From the human T2T-CHM13v2.0 reference genome, Homo sapiens, in NCBI RefSeq assembly GCF_009914755.1, contig NC_060947.1: 64,000 nt of DNA; one strand, given 5' to 3'. The position numbers were made by a program, and so were the translations under genes. The notes beneath the pieces were generated by a model that saw only the letters and a list, made by a program, of their open reading frames with translations, was not told the DNA's origin and ran no database searches. Of this stretch, positions 27,463 to 49,854 are shown piece after piece. Each line of letters begins with the position of its first letter. Position 1 is the first letter of the stretch.

Positions 27463-27747
27463 TCAGCCCAGGACTACAAGTAAGCCCAAATCTTACAGGA
27501 CACTTCTTCTGTCTAGATTAAGGTGTATATCCATATAACTCTTTAGCAAAGGGTAGTCCCTACTCATAATAGGCCCAAACTACATAAGCCTTACTCATGA
27601 GCCAGCACTGGACTAGAAAGTCTAAACCCGGCCGGGCGCAGTGGCTCACACCTATAATCCCAGCACTTTGGGAGGCCAAGGCGGGCAGATCACCTGAGGT
27701 CGGGAGTTTGAGACCAGCTTCCTCAACATGGTGAAACCCTGTCTCTA

Positions 27748-27906
<159 letters not shown>

Positions 27907-27939
27907 TCACAAATAATAATAATAATAATAATAATAATC

Positions 27940-28800
27940 ATTGATCTGCATATACTTTTGGAATGTTTACATACACAGGCATATCTTATGCAAATAATAA
28001 AACTTCTGGCTTATCCTCTTAAAACCTTATATTATTTTTCTCATTACTACACTGCATAAGACCTCAGCTACAATATTGAAGAAAAATGATGACTGTAGTG
28101 AGCATCTTTGTCATGTTCATGATCTCAAAGGAAAAACCTTTTGTTTCATTAAGTATGATAATGGGTATAAGTCATTTGAATATCTTTATTAAATTAAGGA
28201 CATTTCTTTATATCACTATTTTGCCATTAGTTTTATCATAAGTGGGATATTGAATTGTGGAAAGTGTGTGTGTTTTTTTTTTTGCATCTTCTGAGATTAC
28301 CATATGATTTTGTCTTTTAATATGTTAAGACGACCAATTAAAACAATTGATTCCTTAATAATAAACCATCCCGGCATTTCTGGGAATAACCCCAACTTAT
28401 TCAGGATATATTATCCTTTCCATATATTACTGGACTTGGTTTGCTAAAATTTGGTTTAGGATTTTTGCACCTATAAGTGAGATTGACATGTCTTTTCCCT
28501 TTTTCAAACTATTCGTGGGTTCTGGTATCAAGATAATAGGAACCTCATAAAGTGAGTTGATGAATAGCCTATCTATTTCTAGTCTCTGGAGAAGATTGGA
28601 ACTATTTCTTCTTCAATGGTTTAGTAGAACTCAACTGTAAAGACATATAGATATGGAGCTTTACTTTTATTTGAGTTTTCTACTTTTTCTGTATCAATTT
28701 TGATAAGTTGTGTTTCAAGGAACTTATCCATTTTATTTACATGTTAGTTTACGACATAAAGTTGGTGATATTATCCTCTTATTATCTAATTATCTCTTGG
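27940..28800 (-). mobile_element. Ancient L1M ORF2 fragment
   Basis: Antisense L1 ORF2 phrases (GAGCATCTTTGTCATGTTCATGATCTCAAAGG, TTTGCTAAAATTTGGTTTAGGATTTTTGCACC, CTGGTATCAAGATAATAGGAACCTCATAAAGTGAGTTG). Confidence 0.8.
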
Positions 28801-29026
28801 ATCTTGAACCAATAAATTGCTCATTAGTAGCTATTTGATGATTCTAAACATCTTTTCATGTGCTTTGATCACTTTTTTTACTTATCTTTAGAAACTAAAG
28901 ATAAGGTGGCCGGGCACAGTGGCTCACGCCTGTAATTCCAGCACTTTGGGAGGCCGAGGCCGGCGGATCATGAGGTCAGGAGATCGAGACCATCCTGGCT
29001 AACATGGTGAAACCCCGTCTCTACTA

Positions 29027-29227
<201 letters not shown>

Positions 29228-29245
29228 TCATACTCTGTCCTTAGG

Positions 29246-29320
29246 ATGTATGCAATCTCTCCATTTAATCTCTCATTAGGGAGAGATTGCATACATGCAT
29301 ACATGCAATCTCTCCCTAAT
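29246..29320. repeat. Short inverted triplication forming a near-perfect 46-bp palindrome
   Basis: 29246-29262 is the reverse complement of 29280-29296; 29275-29292 is the reverse complement of 29303-29320. Confidence 0.9.
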
Positions 29321-29571
29321 CCTTTCTCGAGTCCTACAAAATCAAGCATTCTAGCTTCCACTGGCTATCAATGGATTTCTCCCATGCCAGGAAGAAATGC
29401 ATGTCCTAGCAATGAGGAGTGGGAGGAGTGACTTTTGTTCCATTAATAAAACTAGAAAGAGGCCTGGCTCATGCCTGTAGTCCCAGCACTTTGGGAGGCC
29501 GAGGCGGGTGGATCACGAGGTCAGGAGATTGAGACCATCCTGGCTAACACGGTGAAACCCCATCTCTACTA

Positions 29572-29754
<183 letters not shown>

Positions 29755-30631
29755 CTAGAAAGTGACTCGGCCTGGTGGGTCACATCTGTAATCGCAGCAC
29801 TTTGGGAGGCAGAAGTGGGAGGATCACTTGAGGCCAGAAGTTTGAGACAAAAAAAATTAAAAATAAAAACAAAATAAAAAAAGAAACTAGAAAGAGACAC
29901 TGTGTGCTTCTACCATTTCAAAGCTGTTTTCCCCCCGAAAGTACCTAAAAATCAAAGTTACCTCTTCACTGCTTCACAGACAGCCCTTGGAGTGCAGCAG
30001 GCTTCAGCACACGGACGAGGGACCACTCTGGTGAGGCTTTATATCTACAAGCAGCTGTATCTATAACAGCAAACTCCTATTCACCTTCTGCCTATAATAG
30101 TTTCACACTCACACATACACATCACACAGTGAGCCAGGGGACAGACCCCAACACAGACCTAAGCTCATGCCCACAGAATGACTCAGACCACAAACAGACA
30201 CCACATGACCTGGCTTAACCCTGTACCCACCCCATGGCTCTTCAAATAAGAGTGAACCATGGTATACATCAGAGCCAATACGGGTACCACCAGGAGATAG
30301 TCTCCCACTCAGGCTGGGTCTATGCCTCTATACATACCAAGCATACGATGGAAATGCCAGGCCTGAGCCCCCTGCCCCCACCCCCCACACACAAACACAC
30401 ACTTGCTGTAACATAGCAGCTACAATGATGGCCCTCACTAAGAATGAGGCCCATGCACAATCCACTCCCCAGCACACCCAAATGCAGCCCCTGTTCCACA
30501 GAGGAGACACTCATACACCAAGGATCAGCACAGAATGTGATAGCCTCTAGGCAAACTCACTATGCCATCATTCATCATACAAGAAATCCTCATTGGAGCA
30601 AGGCCGCTGTAAAGACCACTGCTCAGCACCA

Positions 30632-31882
30632 AAGGCTGCATTTCCAGCCCTCACCTACTGGACCTGATGGGGATGGGACATGTGGGCCCCACCTTCCTCC
30701 ATGAAACACTCTCTTCCCTCAGATCCCTGGACTCTGCGCCTGCCTCTCCCACTCTCCAAGTTCCCCTCCCGCTGTCCCCTGCTCCCATGGACGCTGTTCG
30801 CTGGGCCCTTGAAGACCTCCCCCACTACTTCACACAACTCCCAGGTGACCTGTGAATCTCTGCTCAGGTGTCCTCTCCTCAAGAAGCCTTGGATGGTCCC
30901 ACCCACAGCATCTGGACTTGCCTCTCTGTCACAGTGTGACCGGATGTTCCCAGGTGGCTATCTCTCTCTTTTGAGAGCTAAGGTCCTCATGGGCAGGAAA
31001 CCACTGCCACTCTCCTCCACGTCTCCAGCACCGAGCATGGTGCCAGGCTGTGAGCCAAGGCTCCGTAAAACTGGGTGCCTCTCGAGCTGGAAGCCTGTGT
31101 GTCTGGAAGCTCAGGGAGCAGCTGTGACCTGCACGTGGGATTCCTGAGCTCCCATGAACAGGCAGGAGAGGAGACACAGGCCTGCACGTTGCTGTGGAAA
31201 AAGCCCTTGCAGAAGGCAGGAGGGGCTGTCAAACCAGGCTTGCTCTGAAAATGTGGCAGCAAGGGCCGCCTCTAATAAACCCCATAAAGGCTCAGTAAAT
31301 GTGTGTTGAATCAGCAGAGAGGCGTCGCTGCAGACTTAGCCATCATGAGAGGGATGAAGGGCCCTTGAGTTCCTCTGTTAGAGAGGATAATTTAGCAGGC
31401 AGAAGAGAGGGAGGCTGCATCAGCGGCTTGTAGGGAGAAGCACTTGGCGCAGCAGAATGGGCAGTGATGGCCCAACAATTCCAGGTCAAGCGATGGCTTC
31501 TGAACACGCAGGGGATCCAGGCCCCTCCTTGCACACCGAGGGGGAGCACTCTCTGCAGTAGCCGGTGACACACATTTCATCACAGGGAGGAGGAGTGGCT
31601 TCAGGGTGACCGACTGTCTTGGCTTTGCTGGTACGAGGGGATTTCCTGAGAAGCCAGACTTTCCAGTTTAAAATCAGGCCAGTCCCAGGCAAACTGGGAC
31701 AGCTGGTCACCCTCTGTGGCATTGGAGGGCATGTCAGTCTGAAGCAGGGCCTCTTCCCTTCTGCTGTTTAGAGCGGAGGAAGTGAAGGGGGCCTGGGTCT
31801 GAGCTGTAGCTCAGTGGGACTATAGGCCTGCCTCCAGTTCTAATGGGGGGCTGCCTGGAGGTGGCATAGGTTGGGCCCTCTT
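30632..31882 (+). repeat. Left arm of a ~1.25 kb inverted repeat; includes a GC-rich L2 3'-end relic; a diverged extension continues at 32208-32290 beyond an AluJ-type element
   Basis: Reverse complement of 47226-48479; identical or near-identical ORF translations on opposite strands in the ORF track (155, 91, 82, 62 aa). Confidence 0.97.
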
Positions 31883-32203
31883 TTTCTTTTTTTAATTTTT
31901 TTCTTTTTAATTAATTATTGAGACAGGGTCTCTCTCTGTCACCCAGGCTGGACTGCAGTGGCGCCATCATAGCTCATTATAGCCTCGATCTCCCAGGCTC
32001 AAGCCATTCTCCTCCTTCAGCCACCAACTCCCACAAGTAGCTGAGACTACAGGTGCATACCACCATGCCTGGCTATATATATATATTTTAATTTTAGTAG
32101 AGATGATGTCTCGTTATGTTGCCTTTGAGGTTGGTCTCAAACTTTTGAGCTCAAGCAATCCTCCTGCCTCAACCTCCCGAAGTGCTGACATTACCCGTGC
32201 CCA
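31883..32203 (-). mobile_element. AluJ-type element present only in the left inverted-repeat arm
   Basis: GAGACAGGGTCTC...ATCATAGCTCA...GGCTCAAGC AluJ features; TSD GTTGGGCCCTCTT (31870-31882) / GTTGGGCCCTGTT (32208-32220); empty site at 47226-47237. Confidence 0.85.
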
Positions 32204-32861
32204 GAACGTTGGGCCCTGTTCTGGAGGGCTTGCCCTAAAGAGGTTTGGTCTCAGCTCTGCTATGGGCACATTGTCCTTGGCAGGTATACTCATAATGACC
32301 CAAGACTGAGCTAAGACCAGTCTGTCTTCATCTAAACTGGGCTCTGTGTATGGCCAAAGTCTGTCTTGGGGAATCCCTAATCTTGTAATGGTTATGCACT
32401 CTGGACTGGTTTAGGGATGAGTGTGTGCTCAGGCCTGTGTCAAGCCAGTGTCATGGTTTGTTGAGCAGGGAGATGTCCACATCCTGTCTCAGCAAAGCCT
32501 GCCCCCTTAGTGGAGGCATAAGCAGGTATCTGAGGGGCAGCTGTCTCAGTATGTCTAGCTGAAGGTTGGCCATAAACCCTGGTCTAGCCATGAGCTGGTT
32601 TGGAAAGTGTTCTCTGTGGGTATATACGTGGGTCATGTCCTTGGCACTGATGTGCCATGGTGTCATCTTGGCTGGTGGTGTCTCCTGAGATAAAGGTATA
32701 TTCCGTGGCGGTCCCCTGGCATGTTAGTGGTAGTTTTTACCCTTTTCTAGACAACGTCTGTTTCATAGTCCATGTCTGTCACTGACCTAACTAATGGCTG
32801 ACTCATGCTATGATTTAGAACTTGTGTGGGCTGTGCATCGTGAGTTCTGGGCAGGTTTTAA

Positions 32862-33008
<147 letters not shown>

Positions 33009-33011
33009 TGA

Positions 33012-33239
<228 letters not shown>

Positions 33240-33451
33240 TGACTGAGGAGATCCTGTTTTGAAAGCAAGTCCTGAGTCTTGGGGTAATGCAAGTGGAGGG
33301 ATACGAGCAGAATCTGCTTAGGGAGGGTCGCAATGGTGGAGATATGGTCCCCAGCTTGTATTAAGGAAACAAAATGTCTTCTTTATTGAAGAAAGGGACA
33401 GTATAGTTTTTAGTAAGAGTCCAAACAGAGCCTAGGCATGTGTACCACTCA

Positions 33452-33851
<400 letters not shown>

Positions 33852-33913
33852 TCAAGGCTGCAGTGATTTTGTCACTGCACTGCAGCCTGGATGACAAGGT
33901 GAGACTCAGTCTC

Positions 33914-34211
33914 AAAAAAAAGGAAAGAAAGAGAGAGAGAGGGGAAGGAAGGAAGGAAGGAAGGAGAGAGGGAGGGATGGAAGGAGGGAAGGAGGGAGGG
34001 AGGAAGGAGGGAAGGAAGGAGGGAAGGAGGGAGGGAGGGAAGGAGGGAGGGAGGGAGGGAAAGAGGGAGGGGGAAAGGAAGGAGAGAGGGAGGGATGGAA
34101 GGAGGGAAGGAGGGAGGGAGGAAGGAGGGAAGGAAGGAGGGAAGGAGGGAAGGAGGGAGGGAGGGAAGGAAGGAAGGAAGAAAGGAAGGAAAGAAAGAAG
34201 GAAAAGGAAAA
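33914..34211 (+). repeat. ~300 bp (GGAA/GGGA)n polypurine tract
   Basis: Direct reading. Confidence 0.95.
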
Positions 34212-34309
34212 TTTAAAGTTTGCCAATCCTTATGCTAGAGAACTGTTCCCATTTGTTCAGCTCATCTGGAAGGATAATAGATGGCAAAAAATAGCATAAA
34301 ATTTAGTTT

Positions 34310-34470
34310 GTGGCCATAATCCTCACAACAACCTGTTGATGTAGGGTGACATTCTCATCACATTCACAGATGAGGAAACTGAGATACAGAGAAGTGAAGT
34401 GACACAGCTAGTAAGTGCCAGAACCAAGATCTGGCCCCAAGCAGGCTGGCTTTATAGACTGGCTCCTATC
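34310..34470 (-). mobile_element. MIR SINE
   Basis: AATCCTCACAACAACC...ACAGATGAGGAAACTGAGATACAGAGAAGTGAAGTGAC...ACAGCTAGTAAGTG MIR core. Confidence 0.85.
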
Positions 34471-35084
34471 TACTACAGAGAACTGTCTCCTTTGTAGAGC
34501 AAGGCTAGACATGCAGCCTTTATACAGCCTCCACCCTGCCAGTGTTATCACGATTCCGGAGTTCATTGAGGCCTCAGCTGGACTAAAGCAACATGCTCCA
34601 GTGCAACATCTGGACCCTTGCAGACAAATAATTGCACTATTCTTTACATCCTGTCTAAGTTCCCTTGTCACATCTGTGAGGAAGGCCTCCCTGTTCTACT
34701 TTCCTCAGCCATACTCTCCACACATAGAAAAGGACAAAGACTTAGCTACTTAGGAACATCACTTGGCTGCAGTGAGCTATGATTGTGCCATGCACTCCAG
34801 CCTGGGTGACAGAGCAAGACCCTGTCTCTAATAAGAAAGAACAAAGAATTTCATAAGTAATACTTATTCATTCACTATTATTAAATTCTAGCATTTTCTT
34901 CTATCTGCTTCAGAATTTCGTTTATTAAAAAATAAAATATAGGCTGGTCTCGGTGGCTCATCCCAACACTTTGGGAGGCCAAGGGTGGGGTGGATCACGA
35001 GGTCAGGAGTTCAAGACCAGCCAGGCCAACATGGTAAAACCTCATCTCTACTAAAAAAATTAATAATAATACAAAAATTATCTA

Positions 35085-35320
<236 letters not shown>

Positions 35321-35346
35321 TGAGACTATCCTGGCTAACACGGTCA

Positions 35347-35699
<353 letters not shown>

Positions 35700-36202
35700 T
35701 CAAAAAAAAATTAAAATTAAAATTAAAAAAATAAAAAATAATAATACTAAAATATAGCCCCAGTTGAAAATCCCTGTTCACTTCTGTATCTCTTTTCCTT
35801 CTCTCTCCAGCGGTAACCACTATTCTGAAATTGGAGCTTATCTTTCCTGTGCGTGCCAGAACTCTTAACTAGCCTGCCTTTTTTTTCTTTTTAAAATTTC
35901 ATCATCCAGCATAGGCAAGAAATACTAGCTTTTCAAGTTCATATAGTCTCTCCAATCATTTTCATCCCTCCTCTGATGAGATATCCTTTGAACCTGGTTG
36001 TTTGGAGTTCAGTGTCTTTGTTCATGGTGATCTTAATCTATTCATAAGAGTGGTTGCCAGGCAAGAAAGGGGGATGGAAGTAAACAGAACTAGTGTCACG
36101 TCTGAGTCATTAGTCGGCCACAATTAAGTGCTTCCTATCTCAGTCTGTGACATCCAGCTGCTACTCACAGGGCCAAAGCAAATATAGCAGGGGCACTTCC
36201 TA

Positions 36203-36559
<357 letters not shown>

Positions 36560-36847
36560 TCAGGAGGCTGAGGCAGGAGACTTGCTTGAACCTAGGAGGC
36601 GGGGGTTGCAGTGAGCCAAGATTGGGCCACTGCATTCCAGCCTGGGCAACAGAGCAAGACTCCGTCTCAAAAAAAAAAATAGTTTAGGGGTTACAAGATG
36701 GTAAGGTCAGAAACTGGTCAGAAAATGAAAGGCAAGATAAGTTGAGGCAAACAGCTCAAGACCTGGGCTGAACTGAAAAAAGAGGAAAGGGCATGGTGGC
36801 TCAGGCCTGTAATCCCAGCACTTTGGGAGGCTAAGGTTGGTGGATCA

Positions 36848-38580
<1,733 letters not shown>

Positions 38581-38756
38581 AGAACTCCTTTTTGTATTAC
38601 TGAGAAAATTCCTTACAAAATAATTCCATTACTTCTATTAATAACAACTCATTGACTTTCAATTCAAGGAAGAGATATATAAAAAGACACTCTAACTAAT
38701 AATGTTGTGAAACCACAAAATGTTTACACCCAAATTTCCTAAAGAAATCATATTCA

Positions 38757-39074
<318 letters not shown>

Positions 39075-39179
39075 TCACGCCTGTAATCCCAGCAATTTGG
39101 GAGGCCAAGACGGGCAGATCACCTGAGGTCAGGAGTTCAAGACCAGACTGATCAATATGGTGAAACCCCATCTCTACTA

Positions 39180-39474
<295 letters not shown>

Positions 39475-39477
39475 TCA

Positions 39478-40022
<545 letters not shown>

Positions 40023-40169
40023 TAGTAGAGCTGGGGTTTCACCATCTTGGCTAGGCTGGTCGCAAAATCCTGACCTCAAGTGACCGCCCACCTCAGCCTC
40101 CCAAAGTGCTGGGATTACAGGCGTGAGCCACCATGCCCGACCTAATATCTTTTTTAAAATGTTGAATTT

Positions 40170-44098
<3,929 letters not shown>

Positions 44099-44729
44099 TG
44101 ATCTGCCCTCCTCGGCCTCCCAAAGGAGACTCCATCTTTAAAAAAAAAAAAAAAAGGCCGGGCGCGATGGCTCACGCCTGTAATCCCAGCACTTTGGGAG
44201 GCTGAGGCAGGTGGATCATGAGGTCAGGAGTTCGAAACCAGCCTGACCAACATGATGAAACCCCGTCTCCACTAAAAATACAAAAATTCGCTTGAACCAG
44301 GGTGGTGGAGGTTGCAGTGAGCCGAGATCGCGCTACTGCACTCCAGCCTGGGCGACAGAGTGAGACTCCATCTCAAAAAAAAAGAAGAAAAAAGAAACGT
44401 GGACAGTCTCCCTCTTCTAATTTCTTTTTGCCTTCACAATCAAGATGAAACCAGGAATTTTCGGTAAAATATTTGTTTTACCAGGTTATGCCTGGGAGTC
44501 CCCAGGAGGTGTTTTTAATGTCCTCATGAACCTGATATGGAGAGTTCAATAAGACACCTGAGTGCCTTACCCTTGCCACAGTTAGTGTCCACTGTCAAAG
44601 TATAAATTTTAGGAAGTTAAAAATCTGACTCATACGGCCGGGCGTGGTGGCTCACGCCTGTAATCCCAGCACTTTGGGAGGCCGAGGCGGGCGGATCACG
44701 AGGTCAGGAGATCGAGACCATCCTGGCTA

Positions 44730-45050
<321 letters not shown>

Positions 45051-45105
45051 TCACTGCAACTTCTGCTTCCTGGGTTCAAGCAATTCTCCTGCCTTAGCCT
45101 CCTGA

Positions 45106-45279
<174 letters not shown>

Positions 45280-45701
45280 TAAAATTTGTATTTAACTCAT
45301 TAATGAGCATACAGCAGTATGGTAAGTAGGTTCAGAGGAAAATCTGAAAGATAGATATTGATACTAAAAGAATTTTAGAATAAGATTACTAAATTAGATA
45401 CAACACTGGTTGATATCCCATAGGGAAACACAACTGTTAGCTTTGGGATTATCTTTTCCACCAGACAGAAATCATTTGCATGAAAGAAGTCTGCAAGTTA
45501 ATATGCAACTTTACAGAGACTTGATCTTAATCAATAGTAAGCAGTTAAGTCAGGCAAGGCACGGTGGCTCACGCCTGTAATCCCAGCACTTTCGGAGGCC
45601 CTGGCAGGCCGATCACCTGAGGTCAGGAGTTTGATACCAGCCTGACCAACATGGTGAAACCCCATCTCTACTAAAAATACAAAAATTAGCCGGGCTAATT
45701 T

Positions 45702-46086
<385 letters not shown>

Positions 46087-46495
46087 TCAAAAAAAAAAAA
46101 AAAAAAAGCCAGGTATGGTGGTTCGTGCCTGTAATCCCAGTACTTTGGGAGGCCAAGGTAGGCAGATCACAAGGTCAGGAGTTCAGGACCAGCCTGACCA
46201 ACATGGTGAAACTCTGTCTCTACTAAAAATACAAAAATTACTGGGCATGGTGGTGCACACCTGTAATCCCACCTACTCAGGAGGCTGAGGCAGGAGAATT
46301 GCTTGAACCTGAGAGATGGAGGTCGCAGTGAGCCCAGATCGTACCACTACACTTCAGCCTGGGAAACAGAGCAAGACTCTGTCTCAAAAAAAAAAAAAAA
46401 ATGCCGGGTGCAGTGGCTCACGCCTGTAATCCCAGCACTTTGGGAGGCCGAGGCAGGTGGATCACGAGGTCAGGAGATCGAGACCATCCTGGCTA

Positions 46496-46925
<430 letters not shown>

Positions 46926-47154
46926 AATACAATGATGTCATTGTAGTACAAACTACCCTGAAACTCATCAGACCCATGGTTACAAAGCCACACTATTAGA
47001 TAATATATTGCATGCTTTGACCAGGGATCAGTGCCAGTCAAGAACTTTGGCAAAACGCTCAGGCTAATTTCAGCCTTGTTGCATACCTCAATATATGCCA
47101 TCTCCATATAAGGCATGGCTTTTACAAAGAGTTAATACATGCATTAACCCTCAC

Positions 47155-48479
47155 AGCATAACTGTCAAGCACAGTGTGCCCATAGCAGAGCTGAGACCAA
47201 GCCCCTTTAGGGCAAGCCTTCCAGAAGAGGGCCCAACCCATGCCACCTCCAGGCAGCCCCCCATTAGAACTGGAGGCAGGCCCATAGTCCCACTGAGCTA
47301 CAACTCAGACCCAGGCCCCCTTCACTTCCTCCGCTCTAAACAGCAGAAGGCAAGAGGCCCTGCTTCAGACTGACATGCCCTCCAATGCCACAGAGAGTGA
47401 CCAGCTGTCCCAGTTTGCCTGGGACTGGCCTGATTTTAAACTGGAAAGTCCGGCTTCTCAGGAAATCCCCTCGTACCAGCAAAGCCAAGACAGTCGGTCA
47501 CCCTGAAGCCACTCCTCCTCCCTGTGATGAAATGTGTGTCACCGGCTACTGCAGAGAGTGCTCCCCCTCGGCGTGCAAGGAGGGGCCTGGATCCCCTGCA
47601 TGTTCAGAAGCCATCGCTTGACCTGGAATTGTTGGGCCATCACTGCCCATTCTGCTGCGCCAAGTGCTTCTCCCTACAAGCCGCTGATGCAGCCTCCCTC
47701 CCTCTCTTCTGCCTGCTAAATTATCCTCACTAACAGAGGAACTCAAGGGCCCTTCATCCCTCTCATGATGGCTAGGTCTGCAGCGACGCCTCTCTGCTGA
47801 TTCAACACACATTTACTGAGCCTTTATGGGGTTTATTAGAGGCGGCCCTTGCTGCCACATTTTCAGAGCAAGCCTGGTTTGACAGCCCCTCCTGCCTTCT
47901 GCAAGGGCTTTTTCCACAGCAACGTGCAGGCCTGTGTCTCCTCTCCTGCCTGTTCATGGGAGCTCAGGAATCCCACGTGCAGGTCACAGCTGCTCCCTGA
48001 GCTTCCAGACACACAGGCTTCCAGCTCGAGAGGCACCCAGTTTTACGGAGCCTTGGCTCACAGCCTGGCACCATGCTCGGTGCTGGAGACGTGGAGGAGA
48101 GTGGCAGTGGTTTCCTGCCCATGAGGACCTTAGCTCTCAAAAGAGAGAGATAGCCACCTGGGAACATCCGGTCACACTGTGACAGAGAGGCAAGTCCAGA
48201 TGCTGTGGGTGGGACCATCCAAGGCTTCTTGAGGAGAGGACACCTGAGCAGAGATTCACAGGTCACCTGGGAGTTGTGTGAAGTAGTGGGGGAGGTCTTC
48301 AAGGGCCCAGCGAACAGCGTCCATGGGAGCAGGGGACAGCGGGAGGGGAACTTGGAGAGTGGGAGAGGCAGGCGCAGAGTCCAGGGATCTGAGGGAAGAG
48401 AGCGTTTCATGGAGGAAGGTGGGGCCCACATGTCCCATCCCCATCAGGTCCAGTAGGTGAGGGCTGGAAATGCAGCCTT
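47155..48479 (-). repeat. Right arm of the inverted repeat (47226-48479 ~99% identical to the left arm; 47155-47225 more diverged)
   Basis: Reverse complement of 30632-31882 plus 32221-32290. Confidence 0.97.
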
Positions 48480-48662
48480 GGGGTGTAGCAAGTGTTGATC
48501 TTAGGAGAGGGGTTTCACAGTTGAGGCATCATGGCAGAGGCCAGCTTACAGGGGGTAGAGTGGTGAACAGGAATGAAGAGACACGGGCTACAGACTGCTC
48601 TTCTAAAAGCTTGGCTCTGACATTTATAGACATAGAAATAGAAAGTCCTAGTTTTGGGGCTA

Positions 48663-49100
<438 letters not shown>

Positions 49101-49120
49101 TTATAAGAAGGAAGTTGGGG

Positions 49121-49217
49121 CAACCCGCTGGGGTCCCCTTCCATGCTGTGGAAGCTTTGTTCTTTCACTCTTCACAATAAATCTTGCTGCTGCTCAAAAA
49201 AAAAAAAAAAAAAAAAA
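49121..49217 (+). mobile_element. L1-mobilised, polyadenylated 3' end of an LTR12/ERV9-type transcript
   Basis: CAACCCGCTGGGGTCCCCTTCCATGCTGTGGAAGCTTTGTTCTTTCACTCTTCACAATAAATCTTGCTGCTGCTC plus poly(A); 16-bp TSD AAGAAGGAAGTTGGGG (49105-49120 / 49218-49233). Confidence 0.85.
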
Positions 49218-49449
49218 AAGAAGGAAGTTGGGGAAGGATGCAGTAGAAAAGGAGTGAATAAAGAATGAAGAGATAGGCCAGGTGCGGTGGCTTACACCTG
49301 TAATCCCAGCACTTTGGGAGGCCAATGCGGGTGGATCACCTGAGGTCAGTTTGAGACCAGGCTGGCCAACATGGTGAAACCCCATCTCTACTAAAAATAC
49401 AAAAAATTAGCCAGCTGTGGTGGCGAGCGCCTGTAGTCCCAGCTACTCA

Positions 49450-49554
<105 letters not shown>

Positions 49555-49854
49555 TCAAAAAATAAAATAAAATAAAATGAAGAGATAGAGAGAAGGTTCT
49601 TATTGGGGGCTGGGTCCAGGTATGCTGCAAGGTAATAAGAGTTCACATCATGGGTTGAACCAAGTCTCTTATTCTTTATCCTGAGCAACTGAGAACACTG
49701 GGTCCCTGTACGGAGAAAGAGCTGGCTATCATAGAGTTTGCTTGAGGGTTGACATGTGTACAGATCCTGGCCTAAATATTGTCCTGTGCCTTGTTGGGCA
49801 GGGATATAGGTAGAGTGCTGTTCTGCAGGTAGTTATCTCAGCTGGTGTTGGAAC

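Noticed and set aside
30680-31147. 155-aa ORF duplicated in both inverted-repeat arms (also 47964-48431)
   Set aside because: No recognisable domain, overlaps an L2 relic, and several overlapping ORFs occur in other frames as expected for GC-rich DNA; its identity between arms is explained by DNA-level homogenisation
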